DNA of 64,000 nucleotides from Calditrichia bacterium (GCA_963777955.1 CAVZSQ010000013.1:1-64000), one strand, 5' to 3'; counted from the stretch's first letter, positions 12,101 to 24,360 are shown. Made by a program: numbers and translations. The notes: generated by a model from the sequence alone, not told the origin.

Positions 12101-14640
12101 CGGGTATCGTGCCGCTAAGATCGTTGAGACTAAGGTTCAGGGTGACCAGGCTATCCAGCAAATTTATCTCAGCTGGTATAGTACCGCTCAGGTTATTATC
12201 GCCTATGTTCAGCGATCTGAGTTGTGACAGGTCGCCAATGGACGACGGGATAGTTCCACTTAAATTATTATAGAACAAATCAGCCAGGATCACCCGACCT
12301 TGCGGATCGGATGAGATACCATACCATTGTGAAAAGGGCCGGTCGGTCAGCCAGTTATTATGATTAGTCCAACCATCCCCTGCAGTGTTGTGATACAGAT
12401 CAGCCAGGGCGGTGGAATCCTGTAAATTTTTCACCGGTTCATTAAACCAGACTGCCGGCAGGTCCAGATCGGATAAATGATCCCAGGATAAGCTGCGGGG
12501 CGCAATGGTTGCCTCCCAGTAGTCTTCACCTGTATGCCTGAATACAAATTTATATCTGAGGGTATCGGCCGTGATCAGGTCCGCCAGGGTATCCGGGAAA
12601 AATGTATTATAAGATCCGGTAAACATGACATCCGGATCACTGCTGACCGGATCCAGTTTGACATCGCTGGTTGCCGATCCCCAGTTATTGAAATTTCCGC
12701 GTACTACCACCGCATCGGTGGATGGATTAAAATTGGATGCGTATAACATCTTGACTGCAAAGTGAACGCTAACCTGTGTGGTTGACCGGACGCTTTTATA
12801 TATGCCATTGGGTGTTCCGGCGAAAAGATCTCCGAGGGGATTTATCGTTAAAGTGTTCGCACTAATATCGAGCGTACCCTCGGGAATATTACTCCACTCC
12901 TCGCCATTATTTTCTGAGATATAGACACGGCCGCCACCCCCGGCAAAAACATGATCCAGTCTGTTGACCGCCAGGGTCGAAATATAATCACTTACCAACC
13001 CCTGATTGATAATTTCCCAGTTCGTCCCTCCATCGGTTGACCGGCATATGCCTGTATCGGCAGTAGCAACAAAAATATCTCCGTTGGAATCTGTAACCAT
13101 ATCATAGACATCTATTGTCGGCAGATCTCCACCACCAACTTTCTGCCAACTCACACCGGCATCAACAGATCGCCACAGACCATTACCATACGCACCGGCT
13201 AAAACAGTATCCGCTGACCGCACCATCAGACCGTATATGTTCGTATTACCGATTTCCGTACCCGTACTACCCCAGGAATCCCCATAGTTAGTCGATTTGA
13301 ATACCCCATGTGCATCCGTACCGGCATAGATTAATCCGGCCGGACCACTGCCCAGACCCATAATATAGGTAAATGATAATCCATTTATCATCTGAGTCCA
13401 ATGAAGTCCCTTATCTTCAGACTTAAAAACACCTGAACCATAGGTACCCATATAAATGACATCATCCGGACTTATAGTTAAAGCCCGGATCCTATAACTT
13501 GCACTGAAACCAGTTAATCCGGTATTAACAGACTCCCAGGTCGCCCCGCCATCTACTGACCGGAACATACCTGAACTGTACGACCCGGCCAGGATTATGC
13601 CGTCAGATGTCGTGGCCATTTTCCAAACCCGTACACCGCGCAAACCATCATTAACCGGAGTCCAATTATCACCATAATCAGATGAACGATAGATACCATT
13701 ATTGAATCCATCAGATGTCCCGGCCAGCAGCGTACCGGTTGTACTAAACGCGACCGACTTAATCAAGGTATTATTCAAACCGTTATTAACAGGAACCCAG
13801 GTCTGACCGTTATCTCCGCTCCGGTACATCCCATTATTGGTAGACTGCATAGAGTGTTCCGTTGGATAATATTACGAAATCATTTACCGTAGACAGATCG
13901 GATTGCACTTCTGTCCAGCTATCACCATTGTCAGCGGAACGGAATATACTGCGTGCTGTACCTGCCAAAAGGGTCGTACCTGAAACATGCTGAATAGCAG
14001 TGATAACTGTATCGGCCATACCAGAACCGGCCGGGTGTTCCCAGATATCGCCGTTATCATTCGAACGAAATACTTTTCCGCCCTGCGTTCCGATATAGAT
14101 ACGTGCACCATAAGTTGAAATTGTATTTATCTGTTTATAGGTAAGATTTGTATTTATTGAGTCCCAGGTCGCACCACCATCCCATGATCTGAACATGCCT
14201 TTATCATTAGTACCGGCGAAAAGTACATTTGCTGAGTTAATAGCCAGGGCAAAGACATGATTGGCAGGAATAATATTTGCATAGCGGGTCCAGGTCATTC
14301 CACCGTCTTCCGAGCGATTGATACTTGTGTTAAAAGGTTCATTCGTAATAATCACATCATTGGTATCAATTACGGCTTTAGTGGCAGCCCTGTCGCCACG
14401 TTTTATCCAGCTATCTCCCTGGTTACTAGAATAAAAAAGTCCGCCCCAATGTGTGAAAGCAAAGGCCTCATCTGTTGAATTATAAATCACAAAATCTATT
14501 GGTCCGCCATAAGGGCCTGCTGTTGACTGCCAGTACTCCTGACCGGACAGGGTGGTACTTATCAGGAACCACATCAGAATCGTTGCGAGTTTCATTGAAT
14601 TCATCATGCTCGTATATTGCCGCGCCATAACTTTTACCAT
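9123..14640 (-). CDS. Giant secreted protein A: BNR propellers + CBM20/48-like domain + receptor-type LRR array + Ig + FN3 x2 + C-terminal FlgD-Ig/T9SS-type domain; split by about 4 frameshifts; start uncertain
   Basis: Fragments 13834..14640, 10269..13850, 10046..10384, 9157..10026 plus a tail ASGIYLYQL...GKMALIK* ending at 9123; SxDxGxTW repeats; LxxLxLxxNxLSGxIP repeats; YYWRVRA. Confidence 0.8.
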
Positions 14641-14670
14641 TGTTATTTAAGCAAACGCACCTGTTACTTA

Positions 14671-15603
14671 TTATGGACGTCCCGGCGGTGCCGGAAACTC
14701 TGTCGACGTTGTAGCCGGCTCATCATTACCACCGCCTCCGGCCAGCAGGATTGCGGCAGTTCCACCCAGTAATACGGCTCCACCCCCGATGTACCACCAT
14801 TTCTTGCTGCTGCCTTTCTTTTCCGTATCGGCCTTGGTCGATTTTTCCCTGGCGCTCTGGGCTAGTCGCTGTTTGGCTTCTTCACTCAATTCCAGCGTGG
14901 CCATAATTCGTACATTATCCGTGATGGTGATCTTCTTCAAATAGTCTTTAAAATTAGCCTTTTTAATTCGAATTTCCAGTTCCACTCCCTCTTTGGCTTT
15001 GCTTTTGAAGGGCGTCGATCCAGCATCTTTCTCATTGAGAAACAATTGCGCGCCTTTGGGATCAGATTCTATGGAAATATTAAAAGTTTTTTTCTCCGGC
15101 ACAGGTTTCTGCGCAGCAGGTTTGGCAGTAACCAAACCCGCAATCTGATTGGCGATATCCTGCATGAAATTCAGCAGACCATCGATCTCGCCTTTATAAT
15201 CCTGGAAGAATGATTTTTCAATCTGGGCGGTTTGCACATCAACCAGAGAAAGATCGATGGTATAGGTACGTCCTACCTTCCCGAAAGACCCGCTGACCAT
15301 CTTCTGCACATTCAGCATTTTACCGACCTCCACGGCACATTCCGTGGTAGTACAACCGGACTGTTGAAATCCCTGCTCTCCCAGGATCTGTTCCATTTTA
15401 CCCCGCTCAAGCACGATGAAGGTGTTGGTTTTTACCAGCATGGAACTCAAACGGGTGCCAAGAGTTACCGTCTCCTGTTTTGATAAACCACCCGTGGTTG
15501 AAAAATCCATTACTGCTATGCGCAATTTCTCCTGGGCCGGACAAGAAGTGCTGAAGAAGACAATAATCATAATCAGCATGGAAACATTTAAAACTCGTTT
15601 CAT
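14671..15603 (-). CDS. Exported CsgG/HfaB-like domain + PEGA domain protein with C-terminal hydrophobic segment
   Basis: RIAVMDF...VLERGKMEQILGEQGFQQSGCTTTECAVEVGKMLNV; ISIESDPKGAQLFLN...GSTP (PEGA); WWYIGGGAVLLGG. Confidence 0.75.
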   Translation of the reverse strand: MKRVLNVSMLIMIIVFFSTSCPAQEKLRIAVMDFSTTGGLSKQETVTLGTRLSSMLVKTNTFIVLERGKMEQILGEQGFQQSGCTTTECAVEVGKMLNVQKMVSGSFGKVGRTYTIDLSLVDVQTAQIEKSFFQDYKGEIDGLLNFMQDIANQIAGLVTAKPAAQKPVPEKKTFNISIESDPKGAQLFLNEKDAGSTPFKSKAKEGVELEIRIKKANFKDYLKKITITDNVRIMATLELSEEAKQRLAQSAREKSTKADTEKKGSSKKWWYIGGGAVLLGGTAAILLAGGGGNDEPATTSTEFPAPPGRP

Positions 15604-15885
15604 GGCTTCCCCTTTTTATGATACTTAAATTAAATATTATATATAATTTATATTAATGACGACTTATGGTAGAAAAATATAATTGAATTTGAAATGTGTT
15701 GTTAAATAACAGTAAAATTATACCTAAATTTTTCCGTAAATTCAATGTTTTAAATACATTTAAAGGTATTTGAAACTGTAAAATTTATTGTGATGAATGC
15801 CATAAAAGGTTCTGTAATTTTTTATGGTGTGAAGTTGAAAAGTAGAATCCAAAATTGAAAACGACCGGTCAGTTTATTATTGCCG

Positions 15886-15914
15886 TTGACTAAAACAATT
15901 AAAATTAATAAGAT
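15886..15914 (+). promoter_or_regulatory. Sigma70-type promoter of the SDR operon
   Basis: TTGACT-N17-TAAGAT; GGAGG RBS before ATG 15996. Confidence 0.55.
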
Positions 15915-15995
15915 TTATTACTTTACATACAATTATTCCAGGAAATCATTATACAAACCTGATGCTGACAGTACTCAGGGGAGGTTGAATCCTTA

Positions 15996-16685
15996 ATGAA
16001 AGCAATAATCCTTACTGGGGTATCCGGAGGATTAGGTAAAGCATTTTTTGACATCTTGAAAGATACAGATTATTATCTGGTCTGTCTTTCGAGATCCTTT
16101 ACCGAAGATCAGATTAAACTTGCCGAATCGGGCAATCCCGAGTTAATCAGGATTGATTTAAATGAGACAGCTGAAGTAACACAAAAATTGAGCAGCGCAA
16201 GGTTGCTTAAAAATAGCATACTGACCGGGATAATTTTTATAAATAATGCGGGAACTGTTTCACCGATCGGCAGAATCGGTGCGATGGACGAACAGGACAT
16301 TAAGCGTTCGATAAATATTAATTTTGTAAGTCCTGTAATAATTACAAATTTTTTAGCTGCCGCATGCAGTAAGAATAATATGAAATTTAAAATACTCAAT
16401 ATTAGTACCGGGGCTGCCGATAAGCCTTTTGCCGGATGGTCGATGTACTGTTCGGTAAAATGTGCCACCAGAATGTTTTTTAATGTTGCAGAAAAAGAAC
16501 AGGGGCTGGTAGTAGAAAATGTCGACCCCGGAGTGTTGAATACACGGATGCAGAAAGAGATCAGGAATGCAGCTATATCCGATTTTCCCCTGGTAGATTA
16601 TTTTAAAAATTTAGCTGCAGAAGACAAGTTACAGGAACCTGCACAGGTAGCCTTTAATATATTGAAGAAAAGCGGTTTAATATGA
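15996..16685 (+). CDS. Short-chain dehydrogenase/reductase (YueD/benzil reductase-like)
   Basis: TGVSGGLG, NNAG, ISTGAA, YCSVK, DPGVLNTRMQ. Confidence 0.85.
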   Translation: MKAIILTGVSGGLGKAFFDILKDTDYYLVCLSRSFTEDQIKLAESGNPELIRIDLNETAEVTQKLSSARLLKNSILTGIIFINNAGTVSPIGRIGAMDEQDIKRSININFVSPVIITNFLAAACSKNNMKFKILNISTGAADKPFAGWSMYCSVKCATRMFFNVAEKEQGLVVENVDPGVLNTRMQKEIRNAAISDFPLVDYFKNLAAEDKLQEPAQVAFNILKKSGLI

Positions 16686-17386
16686 GGATAGGAATCCTTT
16701 CGGATATCCACGGTAATGATGTTGCCCTGAAAGGCGTACTGGAGGAAATACATAAATTAAACATTGAAAAATTACTGTTACTGGGCGATTACGTAGGATA
16801 CTATTACAACGTCCATACAGTTTTTGACTTACTTCAAACCTGCAGTAATGAAATGATCAAAGGAAACCATGAAATATTGCTGGAACAATCTGCCGGCAAT
16901 AGAAAAAAATTGGCAGCTATTCGTGAAAAATATGGATCCGGAATCGAAGTTGCACTTGATTTACTAACGACCGCACAAATTGACCATCTGGCGAATCTTC
17001 CAGAGCAAAAAGAATTGATACTTGACGGAGTCAAGATATTATTTTGTCACGGTGCACCATGGAATATCTGGGAATATATTTATCCCGATACTGCGGATGA
17101 AATTAAGAACAAATGCCTGGCCTCTGAAGCCGACTTCGTTTTTATCGGTCATAGTCATCATTCATTTATTTACGAGCATAAAAACAAAGTGTTAATGAAT
17201 GTCGGTTCGGTCGGTCAGAACCGTAAAGCCGGCGGAATCGCAAACTGGGGATTCATAGACACCAGTAATAATATTTTTGTAATTAAAGAAACTCCGTACG
17301 ATATAAAACCATTGATAAAGCAGGTAAAATATAAAGATCCTGAAAATAAATATTTAGTAAATGTATTGTGTCGAAAAGTGAAATAG
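16682..17386 (+). CDS. Calcineurin-like metallophosphoesterase
   Basis: SDIHGN, LGDYVGY, KGNHE, CHG, GHSH, NVGSVGQ; ATGA overlap with upstream stop. Confidence 0.9.
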   Translation: MRIGILSDIHGNDVALKGVLEEIHKLNIEKLLLLGDYVGYYYNVHTVFDLLQTCSNEMIKGNHEILLEQSAGNRKKLAAIREKYGSGIEVALDLLTTAQIDHLANLPEQKELILDGVKILFCHGAPWNIWEYIYPDTADEIKNKCLASEADFVFIGHSHHSFIYEHKNKVLMNVGSVGQNRKAGGIANWGFIDTSNNIFVIKETPYDIKPLIKQVKYKDPENKYLVNVLCRKVK

Positions 17387-17395
17387 GTATCTAAG

Positions 17396-18403
17396 ATGAA
17401 AAAATTAGAAAGCATTTTGGTAACCGGCTGCGGGGGGGATATCGGTCAATCGATAGGAAAGGTTATTAGAATGGAGTATAAAAATGTTAAACTTAGCGGT
17501 TGTGATATCCATGATAAACATGCTGCACACTTCATTTTCGATACCTGTGACCTGGTTCCCCGTGTCGATGCGCCAGATTATTTAAGCGCGGTCAAAAAGA
17601 TCATAGGCAAATATAAACCGGACCTGATTATACCAATGTCCGAAGCAGAATTAAGATATTGCTTTAAAAACAAGATCACTGAGATTGGCGGCACCCGTTT
17701 ATTAATGCCCTGTTACGAAGCGATGAGAATCGGGAATAATAAATTACTGACTCAAGAATTTCTGAAGCAAAATAATTTACCCTATGCCTGGACAATGAGA
17801 GTAAGCGACGGTAAACCCAGGGAGTTTCCATGCGTTTTGAAGGAGATCGCAGGTAGGGGAAGTAAAGGTTTAAAAATCGTACGAAAAGACAATTATGATC
17901 AATATAAAAATTACGGAGAACAATATATTTTTCAGGAATATCTTTTACCGGATGATGAAGAATACACCTGTGGTCTTTTCAGATCAAGAGCAGGTGAAAT
18001 ACGCACCATTATTTTTCAGCGGGTCCTGTTCCAGGGTTATACAAACTATGGGGAACTTGTTGCCAACAAAGGTTTAACCGAATTGCTAAAGTCCATCGCG
18101 GTTAAACTTGACCTGCTCGGCAGTATTAATGTACAATTACGATTGACAAATAAAAAGGGTCCGGTTGTTTTTGAAATTAATGCGCGTTTCAGCAGTACGG
18201 TACTGTTCAGGCATATTCTGAATTATAAAGATGTTGTATGGTGCATCAGGGATTATCTCGAGGAACCATTAGACGAGTATATTCCTGTTAAACCTGGCGC
18301 AAAGATATACAAGGGTTGGCAGGAGTATGTTCTTTATCAGGATGGAATAAAGGCAGCAATTGATAACAATGATTTTAAAATGAAATTTAAAAAAGTGACA
18401 TAA
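17396..18403 (+). CDS. ATP-grasp domain protein (carbamoyl-phosphate-synthase-like/PylC-like)
   Basis: ILVTGCGGDIGQSI N-terminus; GRGSKG, FQEYL, EYTCG, INVQ, FEINARFSS. Confidence 0.85.
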   Translation: MKKLESILVTGCGGDIGQSIGKVIRMEYKNVKLSGCDIHDKHAAHFIFDTCDLVPRVDAPDYLSAVKKIIGKYKPDLIIPMSEAELRYCFKNKITEIGGTRLLMPCYEAMRIGNNKLLTQEFLKQNNLPYAWTMRVSDGKPREFPCVLKEIAGRGSKGLKIVRKDNYDQYKNYGEQYIFQEYLLPDDEEYTCGLFRSRAGEIRTIIFQRVLFQGYTNYGELVANKGLTELLKSIAVKLDLLGSINVQLRLTNKKGPVVFEINARFSSTVLFRHILNYKDVVWCIRDYLEEPLDEYIPVKPGAKIYKGWQEYVLYQDGIKAAIDNNDFKMKFKKVT

Positions 18404-18520
18404 AATTGGCCTGACCTCAGACTGAAAGATATTCCCAGACTGCAAATTCAACTTTAAAATTAAATGAATTAATGAGAATTATCCGTAACAAATTAGAATG
18501 AACCGTTGACAGGAGAAAAT

Positions 18521-19744
18521 ATGCGCAGAAAGACCGTCACCGTCCGGATCGGCCAGGTTAATGTCGGTAGTACCTTTCCTGTCGTGGTGCAATCCATGAC
18601 CAACACCGACACAGCCGATACCGTCAAAACAGTTGAACAGATTATCGCCCTGCACCATGCCGGCAGCGAACTGGTCCGGGTTACGGTCAATAACGAAGAA
18701 GCGGCCCGGGCGATACCTGAAATAATTGCTGAACTCGACAAAAGAGATGTCCGGGTGCCGGTCATCGGTGATTTTCATTATAACGGCCATCTGTTATTAA
18801 CCCGTTTTCCCGAATGTGCCCGGGCTCTGGCTAAATACCGCATTAATCCGGGAAATGTGGGCACCAAAACCCGCGATAAAAATTTCACTATGATCATCGA
18901 GCAGGCAATCAAATTTGACAAACCGGTCCGTATCGGTGTTAACTGGGGATCGCTGGATCAGCAACTGTTGACGGAGATGATGGATGCAAATTCTAAAAGC
19001 CCTGACTCGCTTCCGGCTCAGCAGGTCATGATCAAGGCCATGGTGGAATCGGCCCTGCGTTCAGCCCGGCTGGCTGAAGAAGTGGGACTCGGGCATGACC
19101 GGATCATCGTCAGTGCTAAAGTATCGGGTGTGCAGGATTTGATCCGGGTCTATCAACAACTGGCTGCGGCCTGTGAATACCCCCTGCACCTGGGCTTGAC
19201 TGAAGCAGGTATGGGCGACAAAGGGATTATTGCCAGTACCGCCGGCCTGGCCATTCTGTTGCAACAGGGAATCGGCGATACCATTCGTGTTTCCCTGACG
19301 CCGCAACCCGGGGGGGACCGTACCCGGGAGGTGCTGGTCGCCCAGCAAATTCTGCAGTCACTGGAATTGCGCAACTTTAATCCCCAGGTAACCGCCTGTC
19401 CCGGCTGCGGCCGCACCACCAGTACCCTGTTTCAGAAACTGGCCGAAGATATTAATAGTTTTATTCGTGAACAGATGCCCCGCTGGCGGGTTGAATATCC
19501 GGGTGTTGAAGAATTGAAGGTGGCGGTGATGGGGTGCGTGGTCAATGGCCCCGGTGAATCAAAACATGCCAATATCGGAATCTCCTTACCCGGAACCGGT
19601 GAGGAACCCAAAGCACCTGTTTATATTGATGGAAAACACAGTATAACTTTAAAAGGTGCCAGGATTGCCGAGGAGTTTCAGCAGATATTGCTGGATTATG
19701 TGCAAAGAAAATACAACCGAAAATCTGATCAGGAAAGATTATAA
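18521..19744 (+). CDS. ispG: (E)-4-hydroxy-3-methylbut-2-enyl-diphosphate synthase
   Basis: [55 protein letters not shown]. Confidence 0.97.
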   Translation: MRRKTVTVRIGQVNVGSTFPVVVQSMTNTDTADTVKTVEQIIALHHAGSELVRVTVNNEEAARAIPEIIAELDKRDVRVPVIGDFHYNGHLLLTRFPECARALAKYRINPGNVGTKTRDKNFTMIIEQAIKFDKPVRIGVNWGSLDQQLLTEMMDANSKSPDSLPAQQVMIKAMVESALRSARLAEEVGLGHDRIIVSAKVSGVQDLIRVYQQLAAACEYPLHLGLTEAGMGDKGIIASTAGLAILLQQGIGDTIRVSLTPQPGGDRTREVLVAQQILQSLELRNFNPQVTACPGCGRTTSTLFQKLAEDINSFIREQMPRWRVEYPGVEELKVAVMGCVVNGPGESKHANIGISLPGTGEEPKAPVYIDGKHSITLKGARIAEEFQQILLDYVQRKYNRKSDQERL

Positions 19745-20719
19745 TCTTTTTTCTATCTCATTTAACAGGAGTTTAATCACTTCTTCTTTGCTGCCCTGGA
19801 TCCTGCAGCCGGCAGCCCGGGTATGTCCGCCGCCGTTAAAAACCTTGGCCACCTGATTGACATCAACTTTCCCTTTTGAGCGCAGACTGATCTTGTGCAA
19901 GCCTGATTCGGCCTCGCGGATGAACAGTCCGACCTGTCCGCCCCGGATGGCCACGCTGTAATTCGCCAGTTCGTCGATTTCACCCCGATTATTATTTTGC
20001 ATCGACCCATGATCAAGATAAATGATATTTACAGCGCCGTTTAAATGACTTTCCATACCGGCCAGACCTTTACCGATAGTGCGCAGAGCCGTAAACGAAT
20101 TTTCAAAAAAGATGCGGTTATTGATTTCGGCGCAGTCTACACCGATCTCGATCATTCTGCCGCAGATATACATGTCCCGGGCAGTAGTGTTGGAAAAAGA
20201 AAAACGGCCGGTATCATAAACAATACCGGTATAGATTGCACGGGCCAGATCCGGGTCAATTTCTACTTTGGCCAGTTCCACAATTTCATAGATCAGTTGT
20301 GTGGTTGAGGAAGCCCCTTCATCAACCATTTCCAGTCCGGCAAATTCATCTTCCGTGGGGTGATGATCGATGCGTACGATGCGGGATTTAGCCGGCAGAA
20401 GTTTCTGCACGTCGCCCATTCTCTTGATGCCGGGTACATCCAGGATGATGGCACAGGTGGAATTAATTTTCAGCCGGTCATGATAATGAATAATTTTTTC
20501 AAAATTTTTAAGATAATTAAAACGTACATCGGGTTCCTGGTCATGCAATACCATCTCGTATTTTTTATTCATCCGCTCCAGCAATAGACCCAGGGCCACT
20601 ACGGCGGCAATGGCATCCCCATCGGCATTGATATGGGCGGAAAGCAGAAAATCATCATGCCGGTTGATGAAATTCAAAATCTTACTGGCCAGTTTTTTAT
20701 GTTCAGGCTTGGTGCGCAA
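19739..20719 (-). CDS. nrnA: DHH/DHHA1 bifunctional oligoribonuclease / PAP phosphatase
   Basis: [30 protein letters not shown]. Confidence 0.9.
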   Translation of the reverse strand: MRTKPEHKKLASKILNFINRHDDFLLSAHINADGDAIAAVVALGLLLERMNKKYEMVLHDQEPDVRFNYLKNFEKIIHYHDRLKINSTCAIILDVPGIKRMGDVQKLLPAKSRIVRIDHHPTEDEFAGLEMVDEGASSTTQLIYEIVELAKVEIDPDLARAIYTGIVYDTGRFSFSNTTARDMYICGRMIEIGVDCAEINNRIFFENSFTALRTIGKGLAGMESHLNGAVNIIYLDHGSMQNNNRGEIDELANYSVAIRGGQVGLFIREAESGLHKISLRSKGKVDVNQVAKVFNGGGHTRAAGCRIQGSKEEVIKLLLNEIEKRL

Positions 20720-20744
20720 TGATCATTCCTTTGAAAAGAGGTTA

Positions 20745-20772
20745 AATATAAAAAAGAAACAACTAATGTCAA
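20745..20772 (-). promoter_or_regulatory. Sigma70-type promoter of nrnA
   Basis: Minus strand TTGACA-N16-TATATT. Confidence 0.45.
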
Positions 20773-20828
20773 ATTATTTTATTTATATTATATTGAAACA
20801 TGTTGATAAAATCTTCGTCAGGCACTAT

Positions 20829-23353
20829 ATGAGGATATTTGAGCAAAAGAATTTAATCCGGATCTCTTTTATATTACTGGCCGCCCTTATCCTGCTCCTG
20901 TCACTGTATAATCTGAACCAGGTCGCCAGCAGGATGGACGATGAAAATCTTTATGCCAACCGCAAACAGGGCGTGGTTTTCATCCGGATTAATCCGGGCG
21001 GCGTTTCCGAGCAGGCGGGTTTACAGGTTGACGACCGGCTTATAAAAATAAATGGCGATTCCATCTTCACAGCTTTACAGGCCCAATCCTATCTGAACCG
21101 GGCCAGGCCGGGTGAAAGCCTGATCTATACAATCGAACGGGATGGACAGATATATGATCTGCGGGTGAATCTGGCCCTGGCCGGCTTGCGGATAAACCAG
21201 GTAGGATTTCTCACTGCCGGATTCATGTTATTTGTCATGGCACTTGGCTTTATCATGATAAAACCTGAATTGGGTCCGGCCCGCCTGTGGGCCCTGGCTA
21301 TGTTTATGCTGGCCCTTACCTTTATGAACATTCCGCTGATCCGTAATATCCAGCAAGGATCGCGTCTCTACCAGGGACGTTGCTCTTAATCTGTTTCACC
21401 ACCATGTACTTTTTAATACCTACCATGAGCCACGCTCTGTTGTATTTTCCCGAGCAAAAATATGCCGAGATAAAACGATTCTGGATGATCAGGGCAAATT
21501 ATATACTCAGCGGAATATTATACGCAGCAGCACTATTTCTGGTCATCAGATATAATGTTTTTTCTATGACCTTGCTCTGTATCCCGCTGGTTTATATTCT
21601 TCTGCTTGAGATCAATTTTCCGGAAAAAACGTCAAAAAAACTACCTGGCCCGGACCCGCTTAACCAAAATCTTTTTATTTACATTGTTTGGCTTTACTGT
21701 TCTGGCCTTTCTCTTTTTCTACTTTGGATTCACTTCCCCTCTGCTCGAATACATTACTTTCCTTTTTTGTGCTATTCCAGTAGTTTTTGCCATTACGACT
21801 CATACGCTATCGTGTATATGGTATCCATCTGCGCCTGCGTTTATCGGCATTTTATTTTTTAACTCAGATTTTTTTAACAACTGTTTTTATCTTTTTGCTG
21901 GTGATGGTCATCCGTATCTTACCAACGATAAAGATCGATTGGCCTGCCTTTTTTATAACCGGTACAACCCTGGAGATGAGAAAACTGAGTCAACTGCCTG
22001 CGGATTTACAACTGGTAATTCAGAAAGGGTACCTGTTGTTGATCGGTATCGCCCTGGCCTTCCTGTTCTACATCTTCATCCGTTATCTGCAGAAATTAAT
22101 GGACCGCATATTTTTCCAGCAAAAGTATGATTACCGCCAGGCCTTAAAAAATTTTGTAGAAATCTTATCGACCTATCTGACCAGGGAAAATATCAGTACA
22201 AAATCCGTTGAACAGATTCAAAACATCATGCGGATCAAGGGGACTTTAATGCTGGTGAAAGATGACGGACAATTCCGGCCAACCGCAGGTACAGGTGCAC
22301 TCAAAGCGCAGGAAATTAAACCGTTCTCAATTGCACCTGCTTTGCATCAGAAATGGAGTGCCGCCGCTACGCCGCTCAGTTTGGAGGATCTGGCTGCAAT
22401 ACCGGAGCTGACCGTTATTCGCCAGGAAATCTTTTGTGCTATTCCGGTTATATCGCGAGGTCAAAAACTCGAAGCGGTTTTATTTACCGGCGAAAAATCA
22501 TCCGAGAGCGCCTACAACAATGATGATCTCGAATTGCTCAGCCTGTTTGGAGAACACCTCGGTACCGCCTTTGAACGGGCCGAATTTTATGAAGAGATGA
22601 CCGATAAAGAACGCCTTAAACGGGAACTGGAGATCGCCCGGGAGATCCAGTTGAATTCATTGCCCAAACATATCCCGGACTATCCCGGTCTGCAGGTGCG
22701 GGCTTCACTTTCCCCGGCAATGGAGGTCGGTGGAGATTATTACGATTACTTCGAAATCGATCCGGTAAATCTGGGTATCATAGTTGGCGACGTGGTGGGC
22801 AAGGGCACTTCTGCTGCTTTGCAGATGTCCAAGATACAGGGATTTTTACGGACTCTGGCGCTGGAAAAAATACCTCCGGTCTTATTACTACAGCGCTTGA
22901 ATACCCTGATCCGTAATAATTTTGAATCTGAATTTTTCTTTACCGCCCTGCTCGGGATTTTTAATACAGCGGCGCGAAAACTGCAGTTGTTTCGCCTGGG
23001 ACACAATGGCTTGTTCTACTTTAATGCCCAAAAGCAAAAGACATCAATTCTGGAACCCGCCGGGATCGGGCTGGGTATGACCGAAAATGAGAAATTCACC
23101 GTAAACTTACAGGAGCAGATCCTGCCCTACCGGCTGGGTGATATCTTTCTGTTTCTCACCGATGGTTTTATCGAAGCTATGAATGAGAGACGGGAGACGT
23201 ATGGAGAAAAACGTCTGTCTGGAATTTTTACAGAAGCATTCTGCCCGGAGTGCCGAAGATATTCTGCAGCAATTAAATCAAAACATGCTGAACTTTAGCA
23301 GTTCCCGCCAATTTGATGATGCCACAGCCGTGGTGGTGAAAATTATTGACTGA
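20829..23353 (+). CDS. Membrane sensor phosphatase: PDZ + multi-TM + GAF-like + SpoIIE/PP2C (RsbU-like); about 4 frameshifts
   Basis: Fragments 20610..21389 (PDZ: GGVSEQAGLQVDDRLIKING), 21380..21862, 21606..22130, 21787..23298 (ELEIAREIQ, EVGGDYYD, GDVVGKG, TDG) and tail DDATAVVVKIID* at 23353. Confidence 0.8.
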
Positions 23354-23374
23354 TCTATCCCCCTGGGGGATGGC

Positions 23375-23929
23375 TCATTTCTCACGCCTCTCGTACCAAA
23401 TAATAACCGATTTGTGCGCCCAGATAATAACCAACGCGCAGAGTATCCCCAGTACCGCTCCGCCCAGCACATCCAGGGGATAGTGGGCCCCTACCGATAT
23501 CCGCGATAATCCAACCAGGGCAGCTGCATGAAAAAAACCACCATTTATACCGTGAATACAGATAACTGAAATAGGTCGCTAAACCAAAGAAATTGGAGGC
23601 ATGGGAAGATGGAAAAGAATACGAACTCATTTTCTTCCCCAACAGGTGAACATCGGGCAAGGTAATCGAGGGTCGCAGCCTGGCTATCAGCGGTTTCAGT
23701 ACACTGGCAGACATTTGATCGGTCATCAGAACCAGAGGAATCACCAGCAGAACCGCCAGTCGTCCTTTGCGCCCCCTTTCCATAATAACATTATAATGGC
23801 AATCAACCAGAGTGGAAACCAGCTCCGCTTGGCAGAGATAATCGGCATTATCCAGTCAAAAACCGGATTCTGCAGAGAAATGTTAATGAAGTAAAAAATG
23901 GCGGTGTCTATTTGAATAATAAGTTCCAT
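23375..23929 (-). CDS. PAP2-family phosphatase (undecaprenyl-PP/lipid phosphatase-like), 2 frameshifts
   Basis: LKPLIARLRP, SFPSSHA, and in a third frame HYPLDVLGGAVLG...REK*. Confidence 0.8.
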
Positions 23930-23955
23930 TTAGCTCTCTGACCTATCCCCTTTTC

Positions 23956-24360
23956 CTAAATCTTACCCATATCCCTGAATACCCAGAATTTACTGCCAAA
24001 AAAATTATAAAATATTACCACCGACATGGCAATGATCTGGGCAATCAACGGATCTGATTTATAATTCCTGACTAATATTATCATGATCAGGGTATTAATG
24101 GCTAATCCTGCAATATTCAATATCACAAACTTGATAAATTCCAGACGCCAGCCCGATCTGAAAATCCGGAAGGTCCAATATTTATTGCCAAAATAACTGA
24201 TCAATATCCCCAGAACATAAGAAATTGCCGATGCTACCAGATAATTAATCCGGACAAATTTCAGCAGTACAAAATACAGGAGATAACTACTGGCAGTATT
24301 AACAAAACCGACAATACTGAACTTTATAAACTTGGTTAAATTATCACTGATTTTGATCAT
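23956..24360 (-). CDS. gtrA: GtrA-family polyprenyl-sugar flippase
   Basis: FIKFSIVGFVNT, NKYWTF, NFFGSKFWVF; 4 TM segments. Confidence 0.85.
   Translation of the reverse strand: MIKISDNLTKFIKFSIVGFVNTASSYLLYFVLLKFVRINYLVASAISYVLGILISYFGNKYWTFRIFRSGWRLEFIKFVILNIAGLAINTLIMIILVRNYKSDPLIAQIIAMSVVIFYNFFGSKFWVFRDMGKI

Noticed and set aside
5115..14640. Calling the fragmented secreted genes true pseudogenes
   Set aside because: Same indel pattern affects housekeeping genes; sequencing error is more parsimonious
15858..15875. TetR-like operator AAACGACCGGTCAGTTT
   Set aside because: Single imperfect palindrome, no cognate regulator nearby; insufficient support
23357..23371. Bidirectional terminator between the PP2C and PAP2 genes
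   Set aside because: Short stem with minimal loop and no U-tract on either strand
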